Origin: Ramazzottius varieornatus
Taxonomy: Eukaryota; Animalia; Tardigrada
Length of the DNA stretch: 64,000 bases
Direction: 5' to 3'
NCBI GenBank assembly: GCA_001949185.1
Contig: BDGG01000013.1
Span: 817,226 to 881,225 of the forward strand
Shown here one piece after another: positions 45,391 through 57,940 of this stretch. Every line of letters starts with the position of its first letter. The first letter of the stretch is position 1. The notes below the pieces were generated by a model. The model did no database searches, had not been told where the DNA came from, and worked only from the letters and a program-made list of their open reading frames with translations. Both the position numbers and the translations under genes were made by a program.

Positions 45391-48211
45391 GCGCTCCCGC
45401 AATTACTCCAGATAAATTTCTGATTTATTTATTCTCTTACGTAAGATTCTCAAGGTCCCTACCCCATTCCCGTAAGACTCCTGTAAGATTTTCCGGACCA
45501 GTACCTCCCTCTGGACGCCTTACGTGATACTTGAACGGTCCCTAAGCTGTATCATCTACCGATGGTGGTACTCTCAGCCTCCTGGCCACTTCACTCAGCG
45601 TTTTGTATGGATTCCTTCACAGCCATAGTTCTTAGATTACGAGGCGGGTCAACTTGGCCGTTTTAGAAAGTTGAGATCAGCTCTTGATTATCCCGCTACG
45701 GGGGAAGATTAACTGATAGGATCTGTGATTCTCAGTACGTACGATCCCCCACACGGTCGCACACGTGAATCAGTTCCGGGTAGCAAGCACGCTGCAGGCC
45801 GGCTAATCAACGATCAGCTCTCAATCAGTCGAACATGAGCGTGCAGTATCATACACGGTTAAGCTAGCGTTCCATTGATTACCTGATCGTTTACCCATGG
45901 CGTGAAGGCGGCACTCGCACAGAAAGCAGAAAAAGTTTTCTGAAAAGATGCGAAAAAACTGTTTTTCGATTTTCTTCGTAAACTCCCGCATTTTGTAATA
46001 TTGTCCTCGCGTCATCCGCGCCGATGGTGGAAATGTCGTTTCTCGAATATCTGGAATAGATGGTTTTCTAGCGCTTCGGCAAAAAGCAACTAGAGTGTGA
46101 AGAGAAAACAGAGTGAAAACTAAGTTTCATCAGGAATGGAAACCTGGCGGAGAAAACAGAAAAGTTTGCGAAATCTGGCTGGTGATCAAGTGACGCACCA
46201 GGTTGTTTCACTTGTGAATTTTCACTTGGTGCAAAAATGGAAGTTTTTCTCCAGCCTTGACAGCGGTCCGGCTTACCTTTCTTCTGCCCACAGTAGTCAC
46301 TAGACATCCCTCTTTCATCCAGAGCTGAAGTCAAAACTCAAACGTACAACGGGGAGATCATCTACCGAACGTTCTGCAAGTCTGCATACCAGTCCTATTG
46401 ATACCTTCCAAGGTGATTCAACCCGTTGGATAATAGCGACCGGCAGTTCCAATACACAGCCATAATGATGTTAGAGCCAACCACGGCAGTTTTTAGTGTT
46501 CGAGCGGTCCTCGACTGTTTCGGTCGCTTCTTGATCATCCTTGCATACACGCCACAGCTTGTATTTTTAGTACTTTTGCTGCGTATTAATTGACCGACAA
46601 AAATGAAAATGACATCTACCCGATCTTGAGACAGAATTTGTTTTACTTGGTGCGGACGTCGACATGTTGGCAGCTAGTCTTCTCCGAAAGTTCGAGTTTC
46701 ACCCCGTGGTCCAAGGTCGGGTTCACAACAGGGAGGGGAGCACTCTTGAACAGGAAATTTTCTGAGCCGCTGCTCAGATCACTTCCTCCAGAAAACCTTG
46801 AGTGATCTTCTGAGCTTAGCTACCGTTTTGCATGTTTTGATTGAGAGGATTCGCTCTTGGTCAAGTATCCGGGACATTTTCCTTGATTGTCCGCAAGCCA
46901 CAGCCTGACCCGCCCACTGTGGACTTTAGACTTTACCTCACTCAGCCATTTCTTGCTGGAGCAGCTTATGAATGTTTAAGGACCAGCAGTTATCTTGCGT
47001 TCGTTGATTGCAGTTTTGTTGATTGGCGAATTCAAGTAGTTTAACCCAGCCAAGACGGAGATATCTCAGCTCTTCGAAGTTGGATTTGGACTATCTCACG
47101 AGGGAATTTAGCCAATGCTCCAGTCTTATTTCACAAACTGAAACGACATAGAGGTAGAGGAGAGTTTTCTCTATCGACTGGGATAGACTAGGCCGGCAGA
47201 AAAAAATCCTGGTAGACACAACAGGAAGCGGGAGTGACGTCAAAATCTGGGCGGAACATCGGCATCAGTCAATCAATTTAATTGTCTGCTGGCTGATTCG
47301 CTATTTGATTGGTCTGTAACACTATATGGGTAGAAGAGCAGCTGATCACCACAGTTTTGATTGTTGTGCCAAACTTCGTTCTTTTTCTCGTTTTCTCTCC
47401 TCCAGTTATCGCAGACATGGATTCTATTACCCCTTGAACATCCTAAAGCTTCTGGAGATGGTCTATGAACAGGATCTTCAACCCAACGACTCTCCAAGTA
47501 ACCATGACAAGTTGCTCAAGGTATGGTATCAAAGGTATGGTACGCTTGTTGATAAGGTATACACTTGAAGCCTATAGATGTTTTGAATAGATGTTTTGAG
47601 CATCTACCATATTTAGTAATATTTAGTAAACAGAATTGGGCACCGCATTCCAATATTTATATTTTAGTAGCTTGAAACCGGAAGTGCCATATTTTATTAT
47701 TATCAAGTTGTCCATCATCCATAGTAAAATAAATTTTAATACGGGTTAACGCTACCGCTAATTAGAAAAACTGGTTGATTTGCTGAGTTCTGATGCGCGT
47801 GCGTTGGCTTCTCGATGTGCGACCGCGCCTTATAAAGTGCGCCACACCATGATGATGCCTCTACAGCAGCAGGGTGCAGGCTGTACTACAGTATTTTTGC
47901 TGATCTGATGGTTGTGATTCTGAATCTTTAGATCTTCCGTCGAGCTCTCCGATATTAAAATATATTTTAATAACAAACCCCCGAAAGTTCTACTATAGTA
48001 ATATTTTATTAAATCAGGTAGACGTTTTACTATAGTAGTGGACACTTATTAGAACTTTGATGGACGGCGGATATTTATTTTTATTATATTAGATCTCATT
48101 AACCCATATCAGAACATCACTACTTAGTGTGAAGTCAACCTTCTTGGAGAACCGACGTGATTAGCACTTTGATTCAGCAGCACTATGATATGTGCACCAA
48201 GTGTACCAGTA

Positions 48212-48390
48212 CAGGCACGACGAGAAGTTATGGGCCAGGCGGGAAAGACTGCGAAATGAAAATTCAACCGTAGGAAAGCGTCGGAAAGTGCATTAGTGCG
48301 AATCAGTCGTGTGCGTATATGCCTCCGTACCGCCGTAGCGAACAGGCCTGATCTATAATTTTTACTGGCCCCTGAATTTCTTCTGCCACC
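48212..48390. mobile_element. MITE family C copy
   Basis: Collinear with 24302-24480, e.g. GCGAATCAGTCG...CCGTACCGCCGTAGCGAA. The right end is eroded. Confidence 0.75.
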
Positions 48391-48570
48391 ACGCACGCGG
48401 GACGCCTGGCACAAACCCCATCTTGAAAAGAGGAGCACGAGCATGAATATCTAACCAGACTTGCGATGTGTGCGCAAGCAGATGTTGTCGAAGAAACGCA
48501 CTTAGCAAAGTATGAGACAGCAGCTTTAGTTCAAAAATTCAAAGGAAGGACGGAAGAGCTCGGTAATCTG

Positions 48571-50908
48571 TCAGCAGTGTATGGATTCCGCCAGCATAAA
48601 ATTTACAAGTTCCGGCTTCTTGAGAACGCGTGGTGGTTTCACCTAAAACGAAAGGAAATACAGCGGTGCCAGCTATCGAACGAAATTCGCAAGGCAGTTG
48701 CTTCTCGTTTCGTGTACAGCAGTTCTTACTTGTTGGGGTGATGCGGTGGAGTTTTTCAGCATAAACAATCGCAGTCTCTGAAAAGCTCCAAATTTGACCA
48801 CGAACAACTTCAGCTGTGACAAACCTCCATTGTCTCTTCGAAATTTGTACAGGTGATGAGCTTCGTACAAACTATTCTCGACCTGGAATATGCATAAAGG
48901 TTGTAATCGAAACATTTTGCAGTGAAACTGACAGAAATACCACGGCTGAAAGTTCCGCTATCTGGTCCTTGCTGCAGTCCCTCTCCCCATCGTCGTTGAT
49001 GAGTTCGACGAAGAGAACATAGTAAGGACTAGTTCGTCCCTTGTCCTGATACTTCGGATGTCGGTCGAGAAAGACGCTCTCGCAACATGTGAAATCGGTG
49101 ATACCCGACACCTCTCCGTAGAAACCGGCGACGGATTTCAAAATAGAGTTGTACAAGGTAGTTTCTGGAACGCATTCTCCGCGAATATTGAGCAATTGTC
49201 CGGTGCGGTACAGAAGGAGGACCACTGGCCAGCGGTTGTAGAACTCCACAACCCGTACGACATCTGCCGGAGAAAGAGTAGATGCAGATATGTCTCCTGA
49301 CCCATGTTGCGAACAATATTCTACCTCCTAGACGGTAGCGGTACAAGCCGCAGGAATTTGTAATGACGATTTCGTATTCCTCGTTGAGCCGAACCTACAA
49401 CACATTTGAAAAGATGGGATGCGCCAGGAGTCCACTGGTCGAAGAACTATCAATATTAAAGATAAGTTCGTGTGCGGTGCAGGGTACCTCTTCAGCGAAC
49501 AGCGTTGCTGGTTGGTCTTCCTCCATGCCTGCAACGGGTATGAATTCAAAGAACATTTTGTATGGCGAAAGCAGCCACACGTTAGGATGGCGATTCGGCC
49601 AAATGTTGATGCCCAACCATCCTTCGGTGGCCACGTAGAGCGAAGCGTAGAACGGAACACCTACAAAAAATGCAAAAGCAAATGCTGAAATGAAATGCCA
49701 GTCTTCGTGTCCAATTCATCTTCGGCTATGATTAACTATGGTACCTTTGAAATAGGTCGACTGAATTATCTTGGCATAATGCGCAAACGCACCGGTCGTC
49801 ACTGCGTTTATCAAACCCAGTTCGGGCCATATTCTTTTGGCAATGCCCACCATCCCTGCAATAAGAAAACAAGTTCGCTATTCATTCGAACTGAACAAAG
49901 CTGGAAGATAAATCCAAAGCACATAAACCTTTCTTGAACTCGCGCTCCAGTTCATCGGCGCGTTCAGGATCCGCTGTCAGGAACCTTTCGATCTCAACTC
50001 GTTGACCCTTCGTCATGTCGAGGTCCTTCTTCAACGTTCCCCGTCGAATGTCTCTGACCAACTCTGGCCATATGGTTTCCAGTTCGTGAAACACCAAGTA
50101 CATCACCGAGGCGAAGGAAGTGTCGATGGATGGCAGAGATCGGCAGTGCAGACCGAACAGGAGATGAAGGTATCTCGTGGTCTTTTCGTCGACTATCGAG
50201 TAGACGACTTTCGGACTGGTGAAAACATCATCCTTCAGCGCCGGCATGAAGTAAGAACTACTGATTGCTCCTTTCAGGGTTCCGTCTTTTAATCGAGACA
50301 TGCATCCTTCCGGATTAAAATACAGTACCATTTTCTATAAATATTTGGTTACTGTGTAGTACAGTCTGCGGGACTTCGCTTTCTTCTGGTCTTACCCGTC
50401 TGAGTGAGCGGACTTGAGGAAACGTTGGTGCAACTCTGTTCAGGATAAGTGGCGCAGCCTGTTTGTACATGGACTCAAACTGGTACGGCAATTGGGCGAT
50501 GTGGCTGGCTTTTCCCGTTGTACCGGAAGTAACACCGTAAAAACTGGGTTTCTCGGAGGTGAGGACGTTATCTTCTCCGTTCATCATTCGTTCATAGTAG
50601 GGAGCGAACCTTTCGTATTTACAGAGTGGATGAGATCGTCGAAATTCCTCCCGTGTCGTCACTTTGCTCAGTCCATTCTCGATGGCGTACTCCGTGCTCT
50701 CGTTTGTTTTTAGGATTTGCAGCAGTGTTTTGTCCTGCAATTCTGTCGGGTGGCTTGTTAACCATTCCAGTTCTTGACTGACAAAGTAGCCTCGGATGGT
50801 GAGGTACACTACGAACGCGTAGCGTTTGACGGCGACTGTGAAGGGAAATGTGGGATCAGTGTGCCATTTTGCGGTCACAACCAGCAGACAGACTAGCCCA
50901 AGGGCCAT
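48571..50908 (-). CDS. GHDC: GH3 domain-containing protein (GHDC-like; acyl-acid amido synthetase fold), multi-exon
   Basis: Hydrophobic N-terminus, LLQILKTNESTEY, P-loop-like TSGTTGKASH, YVATEGWLGIN, FFEFIP, GLYRYRLGD, LLNIRGE and C-terminal QVKPPRV. Stop at 48571-48573. Confidence 0.9.
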
Positions 50909-51807
50909 CGCTGAAACATTGACTAGTTAAGTTGGCATCATGACATCTGTCGGCAGACTCACTGTTAACAGCGCAATATTTTGCGAGCTATAAAGCATGA
51001 GTTAGAGCATAATCGCACCTGCAACCGTGGAAAATACTTTTGCCGGTCCTAGCCATATAGCGATACGGCACAAAAGCCCCAACAAGATCAGCACCCGACT
51101 CCAGTGGCGCTTCAGAAAGTCAGGCATTTCCGGTGTACAAAGGGGACTGGTTCGTAAACTATTCCATCGGCGCACTCACATCAACAACTTTGAAACCGGA
51201 AGGAAAAACTGACAATGTCTCCTCCTCACACGTAGCAAATTCTTGGCAGAAATCTCATCATTTCGAAAACTACTTCTTTCCTTCCATGCCAAAGCACTGC
51301 TGGTACTGGTAGGCGCTTGAATTCTTATCGGGTGAATAGAAGTGTGCAAGTGTCATGATAGATAATATTCTGCGTCTTTTGTGTTCGACGCAGATAAGCC
51401 AAAATTGTTGCTAGCCCCATCGTGGTGGGGCTTTAGGCTGTGCAAGATAATCATTTCGACTTTGTATAGAGTGCTATTTCTGGATAAAACATTCACTCTG
51501 AGAAATTAAATCTAGGAATTTAACCGAGAAGAAAACAGAGACACAAAAGGAACAAAAGCCCTTCGCTACGTGGCAAGTCTACTGTATCAGGCACGAACAG
51601 ACAGATCGGCCAGTTTCAGATACTGTATTCCAGTCCTGGGGTGTTATTTATTAATAGCTCGGTCAGCTAAATTTGACTTTTTTCTACGATTGAAAGCACC
51701 AGGGTCGTGCTGGGCACTAACCTGTTGCAGGTTTTCGTGAAAATGTCGTAGTAAAAGGGCAGATTTCAACTCGCGAGCTAAACGAGCTAAATAACTCCCC
51801 AGGACTG

Positions 51808-51963
51808 CTGTATTCTCCGATGTCTCCGCGAAGCCTGATACCCATGGCGCCACCTACGAACGTACATGACGTACAGGCGGATGGGCATGTATGTATGGAT
51901 GACGTACGTCCCGTGGGTGGCGCCACGATTAACGGGGTTCGCGAAGATATCGGGGGAATACAG
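51808..51963. mobile_element. Palindromic MITE (family D)
   Basis: CTGTATTCTCCGATGTCTCCGCGAA...TGGCGCCACC...GGTGGCGCCA...TTCGCGAAGATATCGGGGGAATACAG|TA. Confidence 0.75.
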
Positions 51964-51976
51964 TACTCTAAGATTA

Positions 51977-52118
51977 CTATAATGTTTCATGAACTTGGCG
52001 AAGTGAGTCATCATATGCGTGAAGTTGCACCCCAGTCGAGAACCATACCCACACAACCCGCTAAGGGATGTTTCACGCGTATGATGGCTCACTTCGCCAA
52101 GTTCATGAAGCATTACAG
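51977..52118. mobile_element. MITE family B copy (opposite orientation to 8443-8585)
   Basis: TA|CTATAATGTTTCATGAACTTGGCGAAG...CTTCGCCAAGTTCATGAAGCATTACAG|TA. Confidence 0.85.
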
Positions 52119-52917
52119 TAAGTTGGGAGAAAAAAAAGGCTACGAAAAGTAAGCAGTACTTTGTCAGAAAATGTGCGGCTTTTGTTGAGAACCAAAGAGG
52201 GTGTAATATCATCATGTTTCCTGCAAGGGGCTCTTTTGGAACTCCAGATTTCTTTGCGCCGAGTACTACAACAGTGGGAAGTAGTGTCACAGTTCCCAAA
52301 GAATACTCATGGAAGAATGGTCGCGGTCTACTTACATTCCTGCCAGGAAGTTCTGATGGTCGTGGTTTCACCGTCAGCCTCCATCTCCGAATGCGTTCGC
52401 TTCTTTTGACTCATCTCATTCCAGTACCGGCCGGGTATTCTGATCCTGAGAGAAGAAAGATACAGTGCTGCGGAAAAACCGAAGAGAGTATTCACGGAAA
52501 AGAAAATGACCGCTGGTCAAAGGAGAAAAACCAAAACAATCTTTCGCTCCGCGTCTGGAGAAGCGGCCTATTTTCATAATGCTACTGTGCGGTGTTTTGA
52601 TGGAGCCAAGACTGCGCTGCCGGGCTGCGCACCATCATTGCCAGAAAAACGGGTGATGGTAAGCCGTAAGTCGTCGGCCATGGTGTCCAATAGCGATGCG
52701 GACCGCACCGCACCGCTTTCCATTCGTAATCCACCCGGCAAAACTGAGTCATCCCGAAAATTTTCCATTTCTTCGTTCAGTAAATGATTTTAATTTCAGC
52801 TGATCAGTTTTATCTTCCACCATGCTTACCATGTGAAGCTCGTTGTAGTTTCAGGTGATGGATAACTGGTGACCGGAACTCATCTGTCGGTGCACTCATC
52901 TGTGATCTATCGGTACG

Positions 52918-54421
52918 ATGGATTCCAACTCGGGCATCCTCAGCTCAGCCATCCAATTCTTGGGAGAATACCTCAAGTCGCGCAAGTCTTTCTCCTCGCA
53001 TACCCGTCCCTCCACTCTCTCCAAGCTTCCCCCACGACAAAACTCCCAATCCGTTCCTTCTACACCTTCAGTGGACAGTCCACCGCAACCGCCTGCTTTC
53101 CACTGGCAGCTCAGTCGCACAGAATCTGTCGACGGAAGCAATGAGAAGAAACAAGTTTCCCCTGATGTTCTGGACGCTCTACCTTCTCCTTCCATCCTGA
53201 AAGCTGTCTCCACTACAGCTCCACCAGCGTTTCCTCCACGGCTTCCCGTGCCTCAGACCACAGCTCCGAAGAGCCTCTTCTCCAATCGATACTTCATGCA
53301 TCATGAGAAGCGAGGTATAGCCGTAATCATTAACAACAAGAACTTCTACCCTGCTCTAGGCATGCCTGACAGGAAAGGCACGGATGAAGATGCCAAAGCT
53401 TTGACCAGTGCGTTGAAGACGTTAGAGTTGGATGTCCATCAGTATGATAACCTAACGGCGTATAATATGGTGGAAGCCATGAAGTACTTTGCTTCGTTAG
53501 ACCACTCGAAGAGCGATTGCTTTTTCGCTGCCATTCTGACACATGGTGATGACGGCGTTCTTTACGGCGTAGATGGGCGCCTCACCGTCGAGAAACTGAC
53601 AGCGCCGTTCAGAGGAGATAAAAGCCTGACGTTGGCTGGAAAGCCGAAGCTGTTCATCTTCCAGGTAAGGATCATTCTTCAGACAGTCCTGTCACAGGAT
53701 TTTTCTTTGTGAAAATGGGAAATAAAGTCGGTTTATGATAATGATATCATCGATCAGCTGTTTTGAAATGAGCCATCCGGAATAGAATTCAGGTAGAAGT
53801 ATGGCTAGTACGCTCTCTTGAATTGTTGCTTTCTATTGGATGCGGCTCATGACGTCACTGCGTCGGATTTCCATTGATGATATCACAGTGTAGAAATAGA
53901 AATCGAGGCGTCCTTTCGGAAAGACTAATGGGGGAAGTGCCCGGTTTTACTTGTAACGTCCCTTCGTGGTCCCAATTGTTGATTGGTACGAGACTACGAG
54001 TACTCTTTATTTGTAGGCTTGTCGTGGAGATCGCCTCGACTATGGAGTGGACCTTATCCAAGGCGACGACGCGGCTGTAACCCGGCTGCCAGTTGAAGCC
54101 GACTTTCTTTTCGCCTACTCCACCATCCCTGGTTTCTATTCGTGGCGCAACACGGACAACGGCTCGTGGTACATTCAAGCACTCTGTCGCCTGATCAACC
54201 TCCACCACGGCGACGACGAAGCCAACCAGAAAGATCCTCGTTACGAACCCGACCTGGACTTTGTCCGCCTTCTGACACGCGTCAACTACGAAGTAGCCTA
54301 CTTCTGCAAGTCGAGCGTCCCGACGAACCCTGACTTGGACCAGAAGAAGCAAGTGCCTAGCATAGTTTCCCAACTGACGCGGGACTTGTTCTTTCCGCCC
54401 AAGAAATCATCGATGTCTTGA
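52918..54421 (+). CDS. Effector caspase (caspase-3/7-like), 2 coding exons
   Basis: Exons 52918-53664 and 54017-54421. RGIAVIINN, RKGTDED, catalytic LTHG, GKPKLFIFQ|ACRG (QACRG split by the intron), ADFLFAYST..YSWRN..GSWYIQ, and KQVP..VSQLTR. Confidence 0.93.
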
Positions 54422-54775
54422 GCGGGTACTTTCTTGCTTGCTGTAATTATTTTCCTGTACCTCATCAATGCAATACTCTGCAATATTTACCTCATCTTCT
54501 CCTTTTTTTGGAAGCTTAACTTGTTTATTACGTCAGCCTTTGCTGATGAATACAGTACCTTGCCATGGTGACTGTAATACTGTTTTTCAACTGGCAACAC
54601 TTGCCCACGCATGTTTTTCATTCTTTGACTTCTCATTTTTATTGAACGTACGTATCCTAAAATTTAATTCTCCTCTCCACTGTACAGAAAACGTCTTAAC
54701 TTTGAACCAGGAAGGCATACACCAACAAAAATAAAAACCAGGTTTACTTCCGCTTCCACTTCCAACTTTTAAGTG

Positions 54776-57161
54776 TTAACTAAAGGTTGCGTTGATTGAT
54801 TGCTGGGCCAGTTTCTGCCTGACGGAAGTAAAATACTTCTTCCCAACCGCATCAACCCATTCTTTATCAACCAAACACAAATCCCGAATGTAAGTTTTAG
54901 TCGTCTGGACTAGCTCGTTATACACTACGCAAGAAGGTTTAGTTTTGAAGAGAAAGGAAGACGGGTGGATGAAGACCGGCTTCTTGGTGTCCAGCGTGAC
55001 GTACGAACCATCGGGAAGCATTTCTGCCGTGTTCATGAACAGGCCTTCGCACAACGCCTTCCTCACCGCTGTCGTTCCTGGTGCACACGAAACGAGCTTT
55101 ATACCTTCCTTCTGCATAATCTCTCGTAGCTGTTTGAGAATCTTGAAAGCCACCACGATGTTCCTCTTGTTGAGGAAGTTAGTTTGACACCAGAGATCGT
55201 TTCCTTTTGCGGTCTTGAAGGCTCTCCACACGTTCAGCAGGACGATGTGGTCGCCTTCGTTACTCGAGAATTTCTGATGGGCCAACGCTGCTTCCTTTCT
55301 CTTTTCGAGAGGAACGAAGAAAGGCGAATCTGTCGAAAGCATGGCGATGATTGTCAGGACTTCTTCCGTGCAGCCGTGGACTTGAGCTCGCAACAAACAC
55401 CTGTTAAACAAAGAGCCCATCAATCACAAAATCAAACAGCTACCAAAAGCTAAAAACTTAGTACGGCTGTACGAGGCTGTGCCAGACTTGACTGCCGGTG
55501 TGCCGTGCACCCTCAAGCCACAAGGGGGGAAACCAAGTTGAACTGACAAGTGAGAGGTTGAGACACTACCTCGCATAGCGAGGATCCAACGGGAACTTCG
55601 CCATCAGTTTTCCATCAGCAGTCAGCAAGCACGTCACATCCGTCTCGTTCACTTCTTGCGTAACGGCTCCTGTCCATTCCAGCTGGTCCATCGAACTTCT
55701 TAGATTCTGTTCATCCGGTCTGTCGAAGAAAGGAAAGTCTAGAGGCTTATCCAAGCCCATGGCGATGATTTGCAGCAGGACACTGGCTAAGTTGCTTCGG
55801 AGAATTTCAGGTACAGGATGTAACGGCCACTTGTCAAATTCTTCCTCAGAATACAGTCTGTAACAGACCCCAGCTTGTTCTCGACCAGCTCGTCCAGTTC
55901 GCTGCCAAGCTTCGGCTTGAGAAATCGTCCGAATCTTGAGGCTTTCCATCCCAGTGATGGACGTGTAGAGCTTGCTTTTGACTCTCCCGCAGTCAACCAC
56001 GTACTTCACACCGGGAATCGTGATGGAAGTCTCGGCGACATTCGTACAACAAATTACCTTTCTGGCGTTTGAATCGACGATTAAAGCTCTCATCTGGTTT
56101 TCGGTCGGGAGAGAAGCGTAAAGAGGAACGAACCGGATGGACTGCTGGTTGAAAGGCAAGTTGAGAACGACTTGGCGACCGCTCCGCACGAAATCTTCTA
56201 TCTCGTTCGATCCGGTCAGGAACACGAGGATGTCGCCCTGGAGGGGCGTGCTTCGATGAATCTGGAAGACGGTGACCAGCGCTGTGCGGATGTAGTCCTC
56301 CACGGGAGCTTTGGTAAAATTAATCTGCGAGGAAACCAAAGCTGGTCAGTCAAGTATCCAATCAACTGATTTCAGGGGTACAAGCCGGAAATGAAGAAAC
56401 TGCTCCTGACGCCGAAGTACCTCCCATAAATGCCACTCGGCAGTGTGACGTCATCTGATAACGTTTAACTGACCTACCTCAACAGGGAAAGTTCGGCCAG
56501 GAATGAATAACACAGGTGGAGGTTCCTTCCATAAGCTTCGGAGCTTCTCTACACTCGTCGTGGCGGACATCAAGAACACTTTCAACGGCCAGAACTTGTC
56601 GCTGTTCTTCGGATCGTTAGCCAGCTTCCTCCTCCGCACTTGAGCCTTCTTGACGAGGCCCAGCAGCATGTCCGTGTTCACTGTTCGATCGTGGATTTCA
56701 TCAAGGATAATCAAATCGTATCTCCCAAACATCCAGTCAGCCTGTGCCTCCCTCATCAACATACCATCCGTCATGTACTTGACTTCGGTCTTCTCGCTGG
56801 TACAGTCCTCGAAACGGACGGCGTAACCAATTCGCTGTCCAATGTCGCAGCCGTCTTCCAAAGCGACACGCTTGGCCACGTTGATGGCAGCTACTCGACG
56901 CGGTTGCGTAACGGCGATGCGCCGTCGTTGAGAGTTGAAGAATCCATCGAACGCTGGATCGAGCAGGAGCTGGGGGATCTGGGTGGTCTTACCGGACCCT
57001 GTGTCGCTGACAACGATGAAGACGGAGGAATGTTGGTGGTCATTGAGGAATTCGGCGAGATGACGGCGGAAGCGCACGACGGGCAAGCCGAGGCGGCTGT
57101 CCGATGGATCAGGCTTTGGAGATGCTGGACGCTTTATCAGAGGCGCCATCCCTGAGACCAT
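54776..57161 (-). CDS. DHX33: DEAH-box RNA helicase, DHX33-like, 3 coding exons
   Basis: TGSGKTTQ, TQPRRVAA, GYAVRFED, TDGMLMRE, DEIHDRT, MSAT, TNVAETSITI and QRTGRAGR, plus HA2 and OB-fold domains (IHPSS, YNELVQT). The short N-terminus fits DHX33; orthology is inferred. Confidence 0.85.
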
Positions 57162-57529
57162 TGTTGAACCTACATAGCCAGGAACAGGATGAGAGAGTTT
57201 GTGGAGGAAGTCAGAAGAACAGAAATGGAACGGAAGCTTGAAAAGATATTCCGGTTGTCACGTAAGTGTTCATGATGTGGTATGTCATGTGTGTTTACCA
57301 TATTATGACAGGGCGTGTACCGGTGGGAACGTGAAATTTGAGGTCAATGTCGCTGAGCAAGTGAGCATCTTCATCACGATGAGGTCTTCCTTCCGAGAAC
57401 CTAACCTCGACTTCCGTCTAATGCATCGGTTTCTCCCAGAGGTTTTCGGGAAGTTTAGCGTTGATTCCGCTCACAAAATGGATGGGCATATATACAGATA
57501 AACGCTGAATGTTCGCTAAACTGCATCAG

Positions 57530-57636
57530 CGAGTGCATATCAGCGAGACGTTACTCAAGCATCCTTCAGACACGCGTTTAGATTGAGGATGCGGTGAAAT
57601 GTGGACCTACGAGAGCATGACACCAGACAAAGGAAA

Positions 57637-57670
<34 letters not shown>

Positions 57671-57940
57671 CCTTAAAGCAATCCATCACGACCCTGAAGT
57701 CTGGCCTGAACCTGACAAATGCGATCGTGATAGGTTCTGCGAAGAAAATAAGCACAATATTGTTCCGTTTACATTCCTGCCATTCCGACAGGGGCCACGC
57801 GAATTTGTGTCATGCCGGGTCTGTGTCTTTGTGAAACCGCACTCTGCTTTCTTTCCAGGTTCGCGATCTATGAAAACAAGATGATAGTCGTCAATATCCT
57901 AAGGAACTATCGTCTGGTTCCAACAACTCGTAGTCTAAGC
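57530..57940 (+). pseudogene. Cytochrome P450 3' relic (K-helix to post-heme exon)
   Basis: ISETLLKHPSDTRLD*GCGEMWTY... AIHHDPEVWPEPDKCDRDRFCEENKHNIVPFTFLPFRQGPR, then an exon FAIYENKMIVVNILRNYRLVPTTR. It is collinear with 61940-62335 and has a stop, frameshifts and a (CATCCCG)4 expansion at 57637-57664. Confidence 0.85.

Larger units (their letters stand above)
44662..45542. mobile_element. PIF/Harbinger-like non-autonomous element (TAA TSD)
   Basis: TAA|GGGAGCTTTCAAGTATTACGTAAG ... CTTACGTGATACTTGAACGGTCCC|TAA. Confidence 0.7.

Noticed and set aside
46057-46364. Possible hAT-like element (TAGATGGTTTTC...GAGATCATCTA)
   Set aside because: Short imperfect inverted repeat with no TSD and no second copy in the window.
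51787-52371. 194-aa and 110-aa ORFs sharing VMLHEL/MKHYS with the ORFs at 8406-8757
   Set aside because: They are artefacts of palindromic MITEs B and D.
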